Part shown: positions 1-13,615 of the stretch, piece by piece | How positions within the stretch are numbered: the first letter of the stretch is position 1 | Layout of the letters: every line of letters begins with the position of its first letter | Source: Eledone cirrhosa | Lineage: Eukaryota | Length of the DNA stretch: 64,000 bases | Direction: 5' to 3' | Assembly (NCBI GenBank): GCA_964016885.1 | Contig: OZ024758.1 | Coordinates: forward strand, 7,006,001 to 7,070,000 | Notes under the pieces: model-generated | What the model was told of the DNA's origin: nothing | Database searches by the model: none | What the model saw: the letters and a program-made list of their open reading frames with translations, nothing else | Program-made: the position numbers and the translations under genes

Positions 1-2155
1 ACCCCCCCCCCCTCCTTCACACACACACACTCCTATTTTATGCCGGAGAAATGGGCAAAAGTCCAAACCCCATTTATCAACCAAAGCAGCTGATCAACAC
101 ATTTAGATGGTATATATAAGCTGACACCCTCCATACCAATTTTATATCTATGAGGGTCACATATTCCTCGGCTTATATTCGAGTATATACTGTAAAGATT
201 CATATTAATACAATTTGACAGAGTTGTTAGTGGTGTATATATATGTCCCAAGTCTCTGAGTTCAAATCCTACCAAAGTCCATTTTGCTTTATATTCTTTC
301 AGGGTCGATTTAAAAAAAAAAAAAAAACATAGAAAAGAAAGTACCAGTCCATTGTTGGTACAGACAATCTTCTCTCTTTCCAGTTGTCACATCTTGGTTG
401 TTCTGTTAGATCAAAGGAAAGATAGTGCCTGTGTCTCCACATGAGCCCTACATGAGCACCTAAAACCTTTATCATGGTATACACTACCAAGTCATGCTCA
501 ATTGTGAGTAACGGCTGTAGTTTTATATAATTTGAGATAACTTTGATACTGAAATTGTAACAAAAAGCCATACTAGAGTGGAAAATGGATGTTAAACAGT
601 GATGATGATGATGATTTAAAGATCTGCTAATGGTAAACTATGGTAGTATAATTCAAAGGTTGGCTGAAAGTTCATAAGCTGACCAAGATACTCTCATGGA
701 ATGACCAAATGAGGTTTATTTTTCAACATAGTCTCTAGGAAGAAACAATGCAATTATTAATAAGAAGAGTTGAAATTAATACACGTAAGATTTCACAGCT
801 CTAGCATCACTCCTTCATAGTGTGACCAAGGTACTCTCATGGAATGACCAAATGCGGTTAATTTTTCGACATAGTCCCTGCTGGAAAGAAACAATGCTGT
901 TATTAATGAGATGAGTTGAAATTAATGCATGCAAGATTTCACAGCGCTAGCATCACTCCTTCATAGTCATCCTATGAACATTTTAGCCAACTCCCATATA
1001 TAGCTACCTGATCATGTCCTGTCATGGACTCTGATGATCCTTCCAACTCGTGCCAGTGTGGACAGCAGACATAAAACCATGGTGATGTCAGCCATTGTCT
1101 ACAATACAGCCAAATTATTCAATCTATTAAATATAAGTATGTAAGAGTGAAAAATGAAATTTCATTTTTTCCATTCAATATATTAGTTTTCCTGAAAAAT
1201 TACTGTTTTATTTTCAGTGGTTTAATTTCTGATTTACTTCTAACAAACTGGTTGAAACATTGCAAATAAGATTTTTATTGAAAGCTCAAGAAACTTTCTT
1301 AAGACTTTAGCATGTGGATCAAACAGTTTCGCATTTTCTCTGAATTTTAACCAATAACGGACACCAGAATATGTCATTTGTTGGCACTTGTTTATGCTGC
1401 ACATACAGAAGTGAATGCATGCATGCACACACACACACACACACCTATTTTCTCCTGATAACAGATGAAGTAGGTTTGTCAATGTAGAAATATGTATAAT
1501 TTGTTGTTTCATTATTGAGTGGTTTAAATTAGAGAATTACACCAAGCGCAAGGTTGCCTTTTGTCATAAAGGAAGAATGAAACAGAAATGCCTTTCTTGC
1601 AGCATGTTCCAATACTAATGCCATGGATTGAACCCAATAACCTTGGCTATTAAGACATGCATTTTGGGAGGGGGAGAAGAGTTCATAGACTAAGACCCTC
1701 ATGGAATGACTAAATGAGGTGTATTTTTCAACATAGTACCTGGAACTAGTCTGAACAAAAGCTGAAAATATTTAGTTATGGTGTATACAGTGCATTCCTG
1801 AAATGCGGTTAAGAAAGGAAAAAAGTTTTAGACAACTGCGTAGAAAGGGGTCTTTACCTTTACCCAGCAATGAAGTAGGAATGGAGGCTGTTTGACAGCC
1901 AAACAAACTGAAGCAAACAATGATTCTAATAGAAAGGAATAAGATTGAAATTTTTGCCACTATAATTCTCTTTTGACCAAACTCGGTTAAATCACATTTG
2001 TTATAACAGCTGACTAAATACACTGAAAAAAAAAAAAGATTTTTTTTTTTTCAGTGTATTTAGTCAGCTGTTATAACAAATGTGATTTAACCGAGTTTGG
2101 TCAAAAGATTTTTTTTTTTTCAGTGTCTTCCTTCCTTCCCTTTTTTCACTCCCTA

Positions 2156-2191
2156 TCTTCTGATGAAGGACTAGTGTCAGAAACATAAAGA
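2156..2191 (+). ncRNA. Minimal type I hammerhead ribozyme motif (imperfect)
   Basis: tctt-CTGATGA-aggactagtgtca-GAAA-ca-TA-aaga; stem I tctt/aaga; related copy at 33080-33115. Confidence 0.5.
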
Positions 2192-2418
2192 CTCTTTTTC
2201 TACTACATAATGTGTTAACTAATATATATTTCTTCATTGTACTGTCATTTGCTTTATTATTTCTGTTTGCTTTTAGCTTTCATATATATTTCTTCATTGT
2301 ACTGTGTTGTTTGCTTTGTTATTTCCGTTTACTTTTTGTAAAACTACAAAGTATTGTTTGCAGTTGTGTCAGCCATATAATATCTAACCCTCAATTGTTG
2401 CTGTTGTCCTGTGTTTAG

Positions 2419-2433
2419 GACTGAACTTGAAAG
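2419..2433 (+). CDS. Candidate 15-nt microexon of the upstream + strand gene
   Basis: ctaac branch-like site, then ttgctgttgtcctgtgtttag|GACTGAACTTGAAAG|gtatgt. Read in phase 1 (xGA CTG AAC TTG AAA G) it joins the phase-1 terminal exon at 8197 in frame. Confidence 0.45.
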
Positions 2434-2646
2434 GTATGTGAGCATGCACGACGTTTCACTGCACAGTTGGTTAGCTCACGTTTTTTATCTACAAACTTTT
2501 CCTGAGCACAACTGTCACAAAATCTGCCATTCGTTCCTCTACCCACCTTACATTTAACCAGTCTCTACATATCTTCTCTTTTATTCCGTTACTACCTGCT
2601 AACATGTGGAAAATGTCTATTAAAATTGTTTTATTCTTTTTCCAAG

Positions 2647-2662
2647 CAACCATTGAAAAGTG
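2647..2662 (+). CDS. Candidate 16-nt microexon of the upstream gene
   Basis: ttttattctttttccaag|CAACCATTGAAAAGTG|gtaagt: polypyrimidine tract and consensus donor in non-repetitive sequence. Confidence 0.35.
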
Positions 2663-2747
2663 GTAAGTTTGTTAATGCAGAGGTTCACGTGGTAACTGGA
2701 AACGATATTCACTGGTTATTCAAGTAAAATATGTGTATATTTATACA

Positions 2748-2829
<82 letters not shown>

Positions 2830-2910
2830 TACATACATACACATATATACATACATACACATATATATAAGCAAATGAAAAAATATATGTATATATAGAG
2901 AGAAAGAGCC

Positions 2911-2941
<31 letters not shown>

Positions 2942-3589
2942 CACACACACACACGCGGCTCTTTCTCTCTCTATATATACATATATTTTTTCATTTGCTT
3001 TTGTATGTGTATATATGTATATATATGAGTGTATGTATGTATGTATGTATATATATATATGTATGTATGTATATATATATGTATGTATGTATATATATAT
3101 GTATGTGTATATATATATATATATATATAAATATAAATATAAAAATATATAGGTAAGTATGTTTTGAAACAGTGAGTGAGTTTGAAATTAGAAATAAAAG
3201 CTTTTGCCGTATTTTTTTTTTTTACTAAATAAATATTAGCCTGGTAGTGGGGCTTAGAACCCTCTAAGAAATGGAAAAAGATGAGTATTGACGTACATCT
3301 TTTTCCATTTCTTAGAGGGTTCTAAACCCCACTACCAGGCTAAAATAATTTCAGTAAAAAAAAAAAAAAAAAAAAAAATTTCTAATTATACACACACATA
3401 CACATATACACATATATATATATATACACATATATATATACACATATATTTACACATATATCAACAACTGCTCTATTTCTTCTCTGTGGCTATTCTCTTG
3501 CTTTTTTCTTCTGTCCTCCATTAAACATTAACTTCAAGAAATTTGTGGTATTTAATTTATCAGATACTTTTACTCTGTCAGTCTTCCCT

Positions 3590-4068
3590 ACCACCGCCAC
3601 CTCCACCACTGCCACCTCCACCGCCACCGCCACCTCCACCATCACACCACCATCATCATCACCATCATCATCACCATCACAAGTACATCCAACACCTACA
3701 ACCAACAACACCACCACCATTAACACTACCACCACCACCATTCACACTACCACCACCACCATTAACACTACCACCACCATTAACACTACCACCATTAACA
3801 CTACCACCACCACCATTAACACTACCACCACCACCATTAACACTACCACCACCACCATTAACACTACCACCATTAACACTACCACCACCACCATTAACAC
3901 TACCACCACCACCATTACCACCATTAACACTACCACCACCACCACCATCACCACCACCATTACCACCATTACCACCATCACCACCACCATCACCACCACT
4001 ACCACCACCACCACCATCACTACCACCATCACCACCACCATCAACACCACCACCACCACCACCACCAC
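3590..4068. repeat. (CCA)n-based low-complexity repeat with ATTAACACT interruptions
   Basis: Trinucleotide-derived repeat giving the poly-Pro, poly-Thr and poly-Val ORFs. Confidence 0.9.
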
Positions 4069-4259
4069 TTCTCTCAATACATTATGGGAATAAGACTGAA
4101 ATGTATAACAGTTACTGCATGTCTATTTCAGTTTTCATTAACATCCCAAAACATAGAATTTAACTTGTGTGATGTGGTGTGGTGTGATGTGGTTTCACTT
4201 TCCTCTTCCTTCTCCTCCTGAGAGCAGAGTTATCAGATATGCCTTTCAGTGGGTTCTGT

Positions 4260-4850
4260 CAGGAGCCACCATCTTCAATCCCTTCCACTAGATCTCTAAG
4301 CTTATCGTCAACCTCTGGATCTCCTGCCATTGGGCTTTACCTGCAAAATCTGTTCAGCAATTCTTTCCTGGGACATTCTAACCACATGTCCGTAGTATCG
4401 GAGCTGTGATCCCTAAATTTGGAGAAGTAGTGGCTCTACCTGGAGTGATTCTCTGATCTCCAAGGTACACACACTACCAAATAACTTTATTCCAAAGACC
4501 TTTCATTTGCTTATATTTGCCATTGTATTCTTTTGGTCATTACCCAAGATCCATGACAATAGCTAAGGGTTGGCATGAAGGCCTATGGAACCTATCAAGA
4601 GTTCACTTTTTGACAAGTAGTACCATGTCATCGGCTAATTCCAGTTGACTGATCCTACATCTGCCAATTTTGATATCACTTTCAACCCACCCAGGTACAC
4701 ATATCGATCTTGTTCATGATTATGAACAGGGGAGGTAACAGTAGGTACCCTTAGCAGAATCCGACACCCACATTGAATGGTTCCAACTTAGCACTATTTA
4801 TCTGAACACAAATACTAGGGCATTCGTATAGGAACTTCAAGGCAATAAAA
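4260..4850 (-). mobile_element. Decayed non-LTR retrotransposon (RTE-like) ORF fragment
   Basis: Minus strand resembles RT and C-terminal LINE sequence (HVVRMSQERI); the same family occurs on + at about 62740-63030. Confidence 0.55.
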
Positions 4851-5732
4851 ACTTTTATAATCTTGTTATAAATTTCAGTGTTTTATGTCAAAAGTTTTCT
4901 ATGGATGAGACCAAATGTTATAAAATTAAACATCCCTCAGTAGAAGACAATTGGATGGTACCAACCTATGAGATGGTACCAAAGTTAACAAAAATTTCAC
5001 CTATTCAGAACTGGGTGGTTTAAACCATTGAGATGGTATTCTTCACCTAATTAAAACTGGGATGGTTTAAACCATTGAGAAAGTACCCTTCACCTAATTA
5101 AAAAACTGGTTGGTCTATTGAGATGATACCCTTCACCTAATTAAAACTGAGTGGGCTAAACCATTGAAACCATTAGGTAAGGCACAACTCTTTATTAAAT
5201 GCTAAAAAGAAAATATATATTAAAACTGAAGGAATACGATAGAAAGTTTTTGTCTTCACATAAACAGAATATTCTGCTAAATAAAGTTGATGGCTTTGAT
5301 ACATTCTTAACAGCAGAAGTAAAGATTAACATTTTCTTTTTACAGAAACTAGAAATGATTTTCTGTCTTAATAAAGCATTTCCTTTCCAAATGCTTGTTG
5401 GTAGTTCCATGTCCAATTTATCTTTCATAAATGAATGTTTATTTGGGATTTTATAATCATTAACCACCATTTATCATTATTCTTATTATATATATATCAC
5501 ATGTATGCACATGCTGACTAAATATTTAGGGTCATTTTCTCTGCTAAAGCAGGAGTTAGCTTTGTGCTCCCATGAGCTACATTCCCTTCCTGATTGATGC
5601 CAACCTCTTTAGATGTGTCTTATGACTTGCAAGGATATAGTATATCTATTCTAAACTGGATACACACTATATTTTAAAATGATATTTATTGGTAACACAA
5701 AATTGCAAAAATGAGACTTGAAACATTTTATA

Positions 5733-5910
5733 TAAAGGTCGGCTGAAAAGTTCATAGGCTGACCAAGATACTCTCATGGAATGACCAAATGAGGTTTATT
5801 TTTCAACATAGTCCCTGGAAAAAACAATGAGTTGAAATTATATCAAGATTTCACAGCTCTAGCATCACTCCCTCACAGCCAGCCTATGAACTTTTCAGAT
5901 GACCCTCAAG
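5733..5910. mobile_element. Mariner-like MITE family copy
   Basis: TIR consensus TACGAGGGTCAGCTGAAAAGTTCATAGGCTGA. Other copies or fragments near 596-1000, 1675-1745, 18640-18824, 46675-46738, 49126-49324, 55737-55815, 56081-56280 and 57917-58227. Confidence 0.75.
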
Positions 5911-6292
5911 TAATGAGATCAACAATCCAAATATCTTAAAACCTAAACAACACTGTCTCTAAATGACAGTTTATCTTTTGCTTTCACTGCACCGCTTTTA
6001 ATATATTTTTATTTCTGAGTAGTCGTCATTTGAATTTAGGTTTTCTCTTTTGGTCTCTCGCTATCTCCTTTTAATCTCATTCTCTCTCACACTCTCTAAC
6101 TCTCTTTCTCTCTCTCTCTCTGTATATATATATTTTATAGTTGAGACAGTAAACAAAAAACAAAAAAACGTGGAAGTGAAGAGGCGGTACAAATGTTAAT
6201 ATTAGTTTCACGCTTGAGAGTTGGGGGTTATATATATATATATATATATACAATATATTAACAAATGGAAACTATATTTATAAAACCATATT

Positions 6293-6358
6293 TATTTTAT
6301 TATACATATTTCAAGGGCCACCAAGGCAAATTATGGTGCACTTTCATCAGATAAAATA
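6293..6358 (-). ncRNA. Type I hammerhead ribozyme motif
   Basis: Minus strand: tattttat-CTGATGA-aagtgcacca(taatttgcct)tggtggccctt-GAAA-t(atgt)a-TA-ataaaata; 8-bp stem I. Confidence 0.75.
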
Positions 6359-7816
6359 CAATACAGATTAGTTTTATAAATAAATATTGAGATACCCTGA
6401 AAAAAAGACAACCTTAACAGTTGGAGCTTTCTGATCTGATGGCCCTTGAAATATGTATAATAAAATAAATATGGTTTTATAAATATAGTTTCCATTTAAT
6501 ATATTGTATATTTACTCCAATATCTGTTGAGTGCTTTATATCAGTTATAAAAATAGTTTTAAGCTTGTTGTATCCCAACAAATTAAATATAACCTCTGCA
6601 TATATATATATATATATATATACGAGAGAAAGATTAAAAGATATATATTGTTATACTTGGGGAGTCATATTGTTATAATATTGCCAGAAATAACAACATA
6701 TAACAATATGACCCTCCCCAAGTATAACAATATTTGTTTCGACACAATTTCATATCAAAAACTTTGCAAAACATATATATATTTTAATCTCTTTCTGTCT
6801 CTCTCTCTCTCTCTTTCTGTCTCTCTCTCTCTCTTTCTGTCTCTCTCTCTTTTTCTGTCTCTCTATCTCTTTCTGTCTCTCTATCTCTTTCTGTCTCTCT
6901 ATCTCTTTCTGTCTCTCTGTCTGTCTCTTTCTCTGGCCTCTCTCTTCCTTTCTCTCCTCTTTCTCTCTCTCTCAATATTTTTATTTCTTTATTTTATTAA
7001 CTTTTTAAATTCTTTCTTTTTTTTTTAAACATTTTAAACATTTTTTATTAACTCATTGCATTTTAAATTAAAATTAAATTAAATTATTAGAAACTTTTAT
7101 AGAACTTTCACCTATTTCTACCTTTCCAACACAGGTGTGTTGATTAAAGTCTTGCTGACGTCTTTAACATAAGAATGGGTTTTAGGTTTTTTTTTCACAT
7201 CTATTATATTATTTTATGGGTGCAACAAACAGTAAGCTTCATTAAAATACTTTCTAATTGTTTCAGATCACTTTTCAAGCACTAATTACATATACAAAAT
7301 TGTCTGACACCTGTTGTTGCTGCTGCTGCTGTTGTTGTTGTTGTTGTTATTGTTATTATTATTGTTGTTGTTATGGATTGGCAGTGTCGGTAGAGGGTCG
7401 GACAACATGCTTTGTGGCATAGTTACGACCCTTTACGGTCTGAGTTCAAATCCCGCCGAGGTTAACTTTGCCTTTCATCCTTACGGGGTCGATAAAATAA
7501 AGTACCAGTAATGCACTGGGATAATTGCTGGCCTTGTGCTGAAAGAAGAAACAATTATTGTATTTTTGCTTTTATGTTTGCTACTTCTTATTAATCTTCC
7601 TTTTGGTGGTGAATTGTCCAATCATTGGAATACCTTGCTGTCTTGAGTCTCTCTACTCTGAGTTCCTGTTGAGATCCACTTTGTTTATTGAGCACAAATA
7701 GATGAAACACAAAGTACCAGTCCAGAGGATGTAGAGATTGGCAGAATTGAAATAGTTGCATGGGATGCATTTACGGTCTGACCTTGCTCTCTACATTCTG
7801 AGTTAAAATCCCACTT

Positions 7817-8031
7817 ACTGTATATATTCAAATATAAACCAACCCCATTGTTTTATGTCTGAGAGAAATGGGCAAAAATCCTGTCTTTATTTATTTAGAA
7901 TTTGAAGTTGGTGAAAATCATCAAAATATTGACCCCCGAATATAAGCTGACCACCCCTCGCCTTCTACAATCGGGGTGGGTTTTTTGGGGGGTCCACATA
8001 CTCCTTGGTTTATATTCAAGTATATATGGTA
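7817..8031. mobile_element. Tigger/pogo-like MITE
   Basis: tactgtatatattcaaatataaaccaa ... ttggtttatattcaagtatatatggta inverted termini; related ends near 170-195 and 49410-49567, related element at 15038-15208. Confidence 0.6.
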
Positions 8032-8196
8032 CTCTACCACAAGTTGTGACCAGCAGATGGTATCAACAATAGAAAGACCATTGGAAACATTGTCTCCTTG
8101 GTCCAGTCAGACAATGAGGTCCTTTCCTTTTTTTTTTTCTTCTTTATTGTAACTGTTCCTTATGTTTCTTTTTTCTTCAATTTTTACTTGCTATAG

Positions 8197-8507
8197 ACCC
8201 AGAAGTAAATGTTTCATCCAGACCAACTTCTATGTTTTGTGAAACGTCCAAACCCCGACAGTTACCTTCTCAGAAAGCAGCTACAAGCCAGTCATCAGAA
8301 AATCAGTTAAAAAGACAATCCCTACATTCAGCCGAGGTTAGCAAATCTGACACCTCACCAACATCTGCTCCTCATTTGAAGATACAATCCAGCAATATGT
8401 TGAATATAAGTACTGATGGTCTAGATACATCTAGACTTAGCATGTGTTCCAGTCATCACAGTAGTACAGAAGAGGCTGAAAGTGATGCAGAAATTATCTT
8501 TCTCTAA
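8197..8507 (+). CDS. Terminal coding exon of an unidentified upstream gene; Ser-rich tail ending EAESDAEIIFL*
   Basis: Long polypyrimidine tract and ctatag acceptor (AG 8195-8196); open phase-1 frame of about 102 codons to TAA in non-repetitive sequence. Confidence 0.7.
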
Positions 8508-8680
8508 ATACCACCTCATTTCCACAGCCAAATTTCATCTTATATATATTAATTATTATATAATATGCATATATGTATAATATATATATAATAATAATAA
8601 TTTACTAATACATGTTGTGTATATATATACATGTATATATAAAATGTTATACTATATACATGTTATATATATAACATATA

Positions 8681-8755
8681 TACAAAGCATCTCAAAAGTC
8701 ACTATTTTGGTATACTTATTGCTGTTCAAAATTGTCACTTTTGAAACACCCTGTA
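8681..8755. mobile_element. Tiny Tc1/mariner-derived hairpin MITE
   Basis: Right end reads tacagggtgtttcaaaagtgacaattttg on the minus strand; the left end is a degenerate inverted copy. Confidence 0.5.
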
Positions 8756-8779
8756 AAATATACACATGTATATAATGTG

Positions 8780-8809
<30 letters not shown>

Positions 8810-8810
<1 letters not shown>

Positions 8811-8835
8811 TAATATATATATACTATATATATTA

Positions 8836-8896
<61 letters not shown>

Positions 8897-9309
8897 TATA
8901 TATATTATGAATATATATATATAATGAATGCATATAATGTATATACTATATATATATAATGAATGCATATAATGTATATACTATATATATATAATGAATG
9001 CATATAATGTATATACTATATATATATAATGAATGCATATAATGTATATACTATATATATATAATGAATGCATATAATGTATATACTATATATATATAAT
9101 GAATGCATATAATATATATATATATATATAATTAATGCATATAATATATATATATATATATATAATGAATGCATATAATGTATATATATATATATATATA
9201 TATAATGAATGCATATAATGTATATATATATATATATATATATAATGAATGCATATAATGTATATAATGTATATATATATATATATATATATAATGAATG
9301 CATATAATG

Positions 9310-9340
<31 letters not shown>

Positions 9341-9356
9341 ATGAATGCATATAATG

Positions 9357-9387
<31 letters not shown>

Positions 9388-9403
9388 ATGAATGCATATA
9401 ATG

Positions 9404-9456
<53 letters not shown>

Positions 9457-9470
9457 GAATGCATATAATG

Positions 9471-9503
<33 letters not shown>

Positions 9504-9519
9504 ATGAATGTATATAATG

Positions 9520-9564
<45 letters not shown>

Positions 9565-9691
9565 GAATGTATATACTATATATATATATATATATATATA
9601 TAATGAATGTATATACTATATATATATATATATATATATAATGAATGTATATACTATATATATATATATATATATATATAATGAATGTATA

Positions 9692-9728
<37 letters not shown>

Positions 9729-9841
9729 GAATGTATATACTATATATATATATATATAGAAAATGAATGTATATACTATATATATATATATATATATAAT
9801 GAATGTATATATATATATATATAGAAAATGAATGTATATAC

Positions 9842-9881
<40 letters not shown>

Positions 9882-9934
9882 TGCATATAATGTATATACA
9901 TATATATATATATATATAATTAATGCATATAATG

Positions 9935-9965
<31 letters not shown>

Positions 9966-10000
9966 TGCATATAATGTATATATATATATATATATAATGA
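8810..10000. repeat. AT-rich minisatellite: aatgaatgcatataatg with variable (TA)n
   Basis: Repeated motif with variable-length TA spacers. Confidence 0.9.
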
Positions 10001-10265
10001 ATGTTTGTACTGTATATATTATACATATTGTGGATGTATATAATGTATATAGTATACATATTATATACTGTTGTTGTAGTCATTGCAGTTATGTTGTTTA
10101 TACCATGAGGGAATAATATATATATAAGGGATTGTGGTAAGGAACCAGATGGACCATAATGCACCAGAGTACTCAATACTTAGGGTAGTAGAGTGGGTAA
10201 TAGGAAAAAGTATTATTCCGACGGCAGAGCTCAAGCCGTTTCAACAGCTATTTCACACACACACG

Positions 10266-10359
<94 letters not shown>

Positions 10360-10685
10360 CATCCCCCTGTGTGTGTACATACATAGAACAAAACTGCTAC
10401 CTAAGATTTCAAGGCCCTATGTTGCCCATATTTCCAGAATTTAAGAAGGATCAAAATTGTGACCTATCTTAAGGCACTCATAAACTCTTATGCGTACCTT
10501 AAGATACGTCACAATTTTGATCCCTCCTAAATTCCAGAGATATGGGCAACATAGGGCCTTGAAATAGGCAACATAAGGCCTTGAAACCTTAGTAGTTTTG
10601 TTCTGTGTACATAAATAAATAATAATGTATTTCTGCTCTCTTCCCGATTGAGCTCCTTTTTCACATCTACTGATATTGCTTGGCT

Positions 10686-10752
<67 letters not shown>

Positions 10753-11124
10753 CACCATACTCGTCATCATCATCGTCTTAAATATATATATATATTATAT
10801 ACATAAATATATAATATATATTATAATGTATATATATTATATACATAAATATATAATATATACTATCTCTAGGGCGGGTAAAATTCCCGAGATCCATGGA
10901 CGAGTTCTCTCCAACGGTCTCTGTCCCTCATTATCGCTGCCATGTCCCGCGTCTCCAACAGACCAGGGTCTGTCCTTAGGGCATCAACATACCTTGGTCT
11001 TCCTCTTCCAGTGTGTCCACACTTATAACTGTTGCTTGTGGTGGTGATAGGATTAGCAGTATCTTATCAATATTGGCCATGGTGTGGACACTGCTTTCTT
11101 GACCCCTATACTCTATATCTATTA

Positions 11125-12165
11125 TATACATAAATATATCATATATACTACACTGTATATATATATATTTACATAAATATGTCATATATACTATACTGTA
11201 TATATATATTTACATAAATATGTGATATATACTATACTGTATATATATTTACATAAATATGTGATATATACTATACTGTATATATATTTACATAAATATG
11301 TCATATATACTATACTGTATATATATTTACATAAATATGTGATATATACTATACTGTATATATATTTACATAAATATGTCATATATACTATACTGTATAT
11401 ATATTTACATAAATATGTGATATATACTATACTGTATATATATTTACATAAATATGTCATATATACTATACTGTATATATATTTACATAAATATGTGATA
11501 TATACTATACTGTATATATATTTACATAAATATGTAATATATACTATACTGTATATATATTTACATAAATATGTCATATATACTATACTGTATATATATT
11601 TACATAAATATGTCATATACTATACTGTATATATATTTACATAAATATGTCATATATACTATACTGTATATATATTTACATAAATATGTAATATATACTA
11701 TACTGTATATATATTTACATAAATATGTGATATATACTATACTGTATATATATTTACATAAATATGTAATATATACTATACTGTATATATATTTACATAA
11801 ATATGTAATATATACTATACTGTATATATATTTACATAAATATGTCATATACTATACTGTATATATATTTACATAAATATGTCATATATACTATACTGTA
11901 TATATATTTACATAAATATGTCATATATACTATACTGTATATATATTTACATAAATATGTCATATACTATACTGTATATATATTTACATAAATATGTCAT
12001 ATATACTATACTGTATATATATTTACATAAATATGTCATATATACTATACTGTATATATATTTACATAAATATGTCATATATACTATACTGTATATATAT
12101 TTACATAAATATGTCATATACTATACTGTATATATATTTACATAAATATGTAATATATACTATAA
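11125..12165. repeat. 39-bp AT-rich minisatellite, about 27 copies
   Basis: Unit gt(g/c/a)atatatactatactgtatatatatttacataaatat; occasional 37-bp variants. Confidence 0.92.
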
Positions 12166-12307
12166 TGTATGTTTTATTATTAATATTTTGCTGGATATTC
12201 CTTCCCTATATTACTGCTTTTTACAATAACATGGAACTTTAGCTAATGTTCCTTAATCCAACTTCTCATGTTGCTTCTATATGTATGTGTGTGTGTATAT
12301 ATATTTG

Positions 12308-12345
<38 letters not shown>

Positions 12346-13410
12346 GTTGTGTGTGTATGTAGATGTAAATATATCAATGACATCATCAGTGAAGTTATAC
12401 CAACCTTTTTAGGGATAATACCATAATAAATGCACCCTGTACACTCTATAAAGTGGTTGGTGATAGGAAGAGTATCCTGCTGTAGAAACTATACCAAAAG
12501 GGTCAGGTAGACTGTTTAGTTGTTGATGGACAACCAGAAACGAACCAAATTCCAAGTGCTTACCAATGTGTCCGAACACGGAAGAGTCAAACTCCCACTG
12601 TCATCATCTCCATCTCTCTCTCGCCCTCCCCATCTCTCTGTATTATGAGCAAATGGGGTCCCACGTGCTGGCTGCCCCACTGCTCCGGCAGGTGTCAGGG
12701 GCACAACAACTTCTTTAGTGTTGATGAAATGGTGGTGATAGGAAGGGCGACAAATGTTGGTGATTTACATGATAAACTCACAGTACTCTGTGTAAAGTGG
12801 TTGATGATAGGAAGGGCATCCAGCCATAGAAAACCTGTCGTGTATAAAAGTTGAGAAGACTCTTCAGCTATGTCAAAGACATGACGATTTCAGTAATGCT
12901 GATGCCACAATTAAAGGCACTTGACGGGGAATGGAATCATAAGTCATTCCCCAGCCTGCCTGGATATTAGAGGGTTTGCTTGAATAATGACAGGTCTATG
13001 GTAACATGTCCAACCCATGCTAGGAGGAAAAAACAGATATTAAACAATGATGATGATATACACACACACACACGCCGATATATATATATATATACACATC
13101 CACCCACACACATACACACACACACACCTACTCATATATAGACAAACACACACATCCCCATATATTTATATAACACAATCGGCAACTGAACAATCAATAT
13201 AACCTATAAACATCACTGTATATACCAAGTGGCCATTTTAAAATATATTGGATATATTTAAGTACTAACAAAGATATATCTATGTATGTAACCTTTGTAA
13301 ATCTTATATACATACCCACATATATTGTGTGTGTATATATTTATATATTTATATATATAATAATAAATAGGGAACAAAGAATCGGTATTGCATCATATAC
13401 ATATTTAATT

Positions 13411-13502
13411 ACATATTACATATGTTTCACTGTCAATCAGCTCGAGGAACGATGGAATTATGTTTGTTCCTGACTCTGGAATCGGAAGCTCCTCAGATAT
13501 GT
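13411..13502 (-). ncRNA. Type I hammerhead ribozyme motif with long stem II
   Basis: Minus strand: acatat-CTGAGGA-[61-nt imperfect hairpin including aggaac/gttcct]-GAAA-c(atat)g-TA-atatgt; 6-bp stem I and palindromic loop 3. Confidence 0.72.
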
Positions 13503-13615
13503 GTTCTCACATGTAGACTCATGTCTATATATATATATATATATATATATTCATTTGCTTATAATAGGAGGTCGAACTGTGGATATCCTTTTAAAGTTTT
13601 ATTGTTGCAATAAAA

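Noticed and set aside
3543-4163. Pro-rich or Thr-rich (extensin/mucin-like) ORFs
   Set aside because: Trinucleotide low-complexity repeat open on both strands, with no convincing splice sites.
8652-12242. YIYI-, HTHT- and CVCV-type ORFs
   Set aside because: Translations of (TA)n, (CA)n and AT-rich minisatellites.
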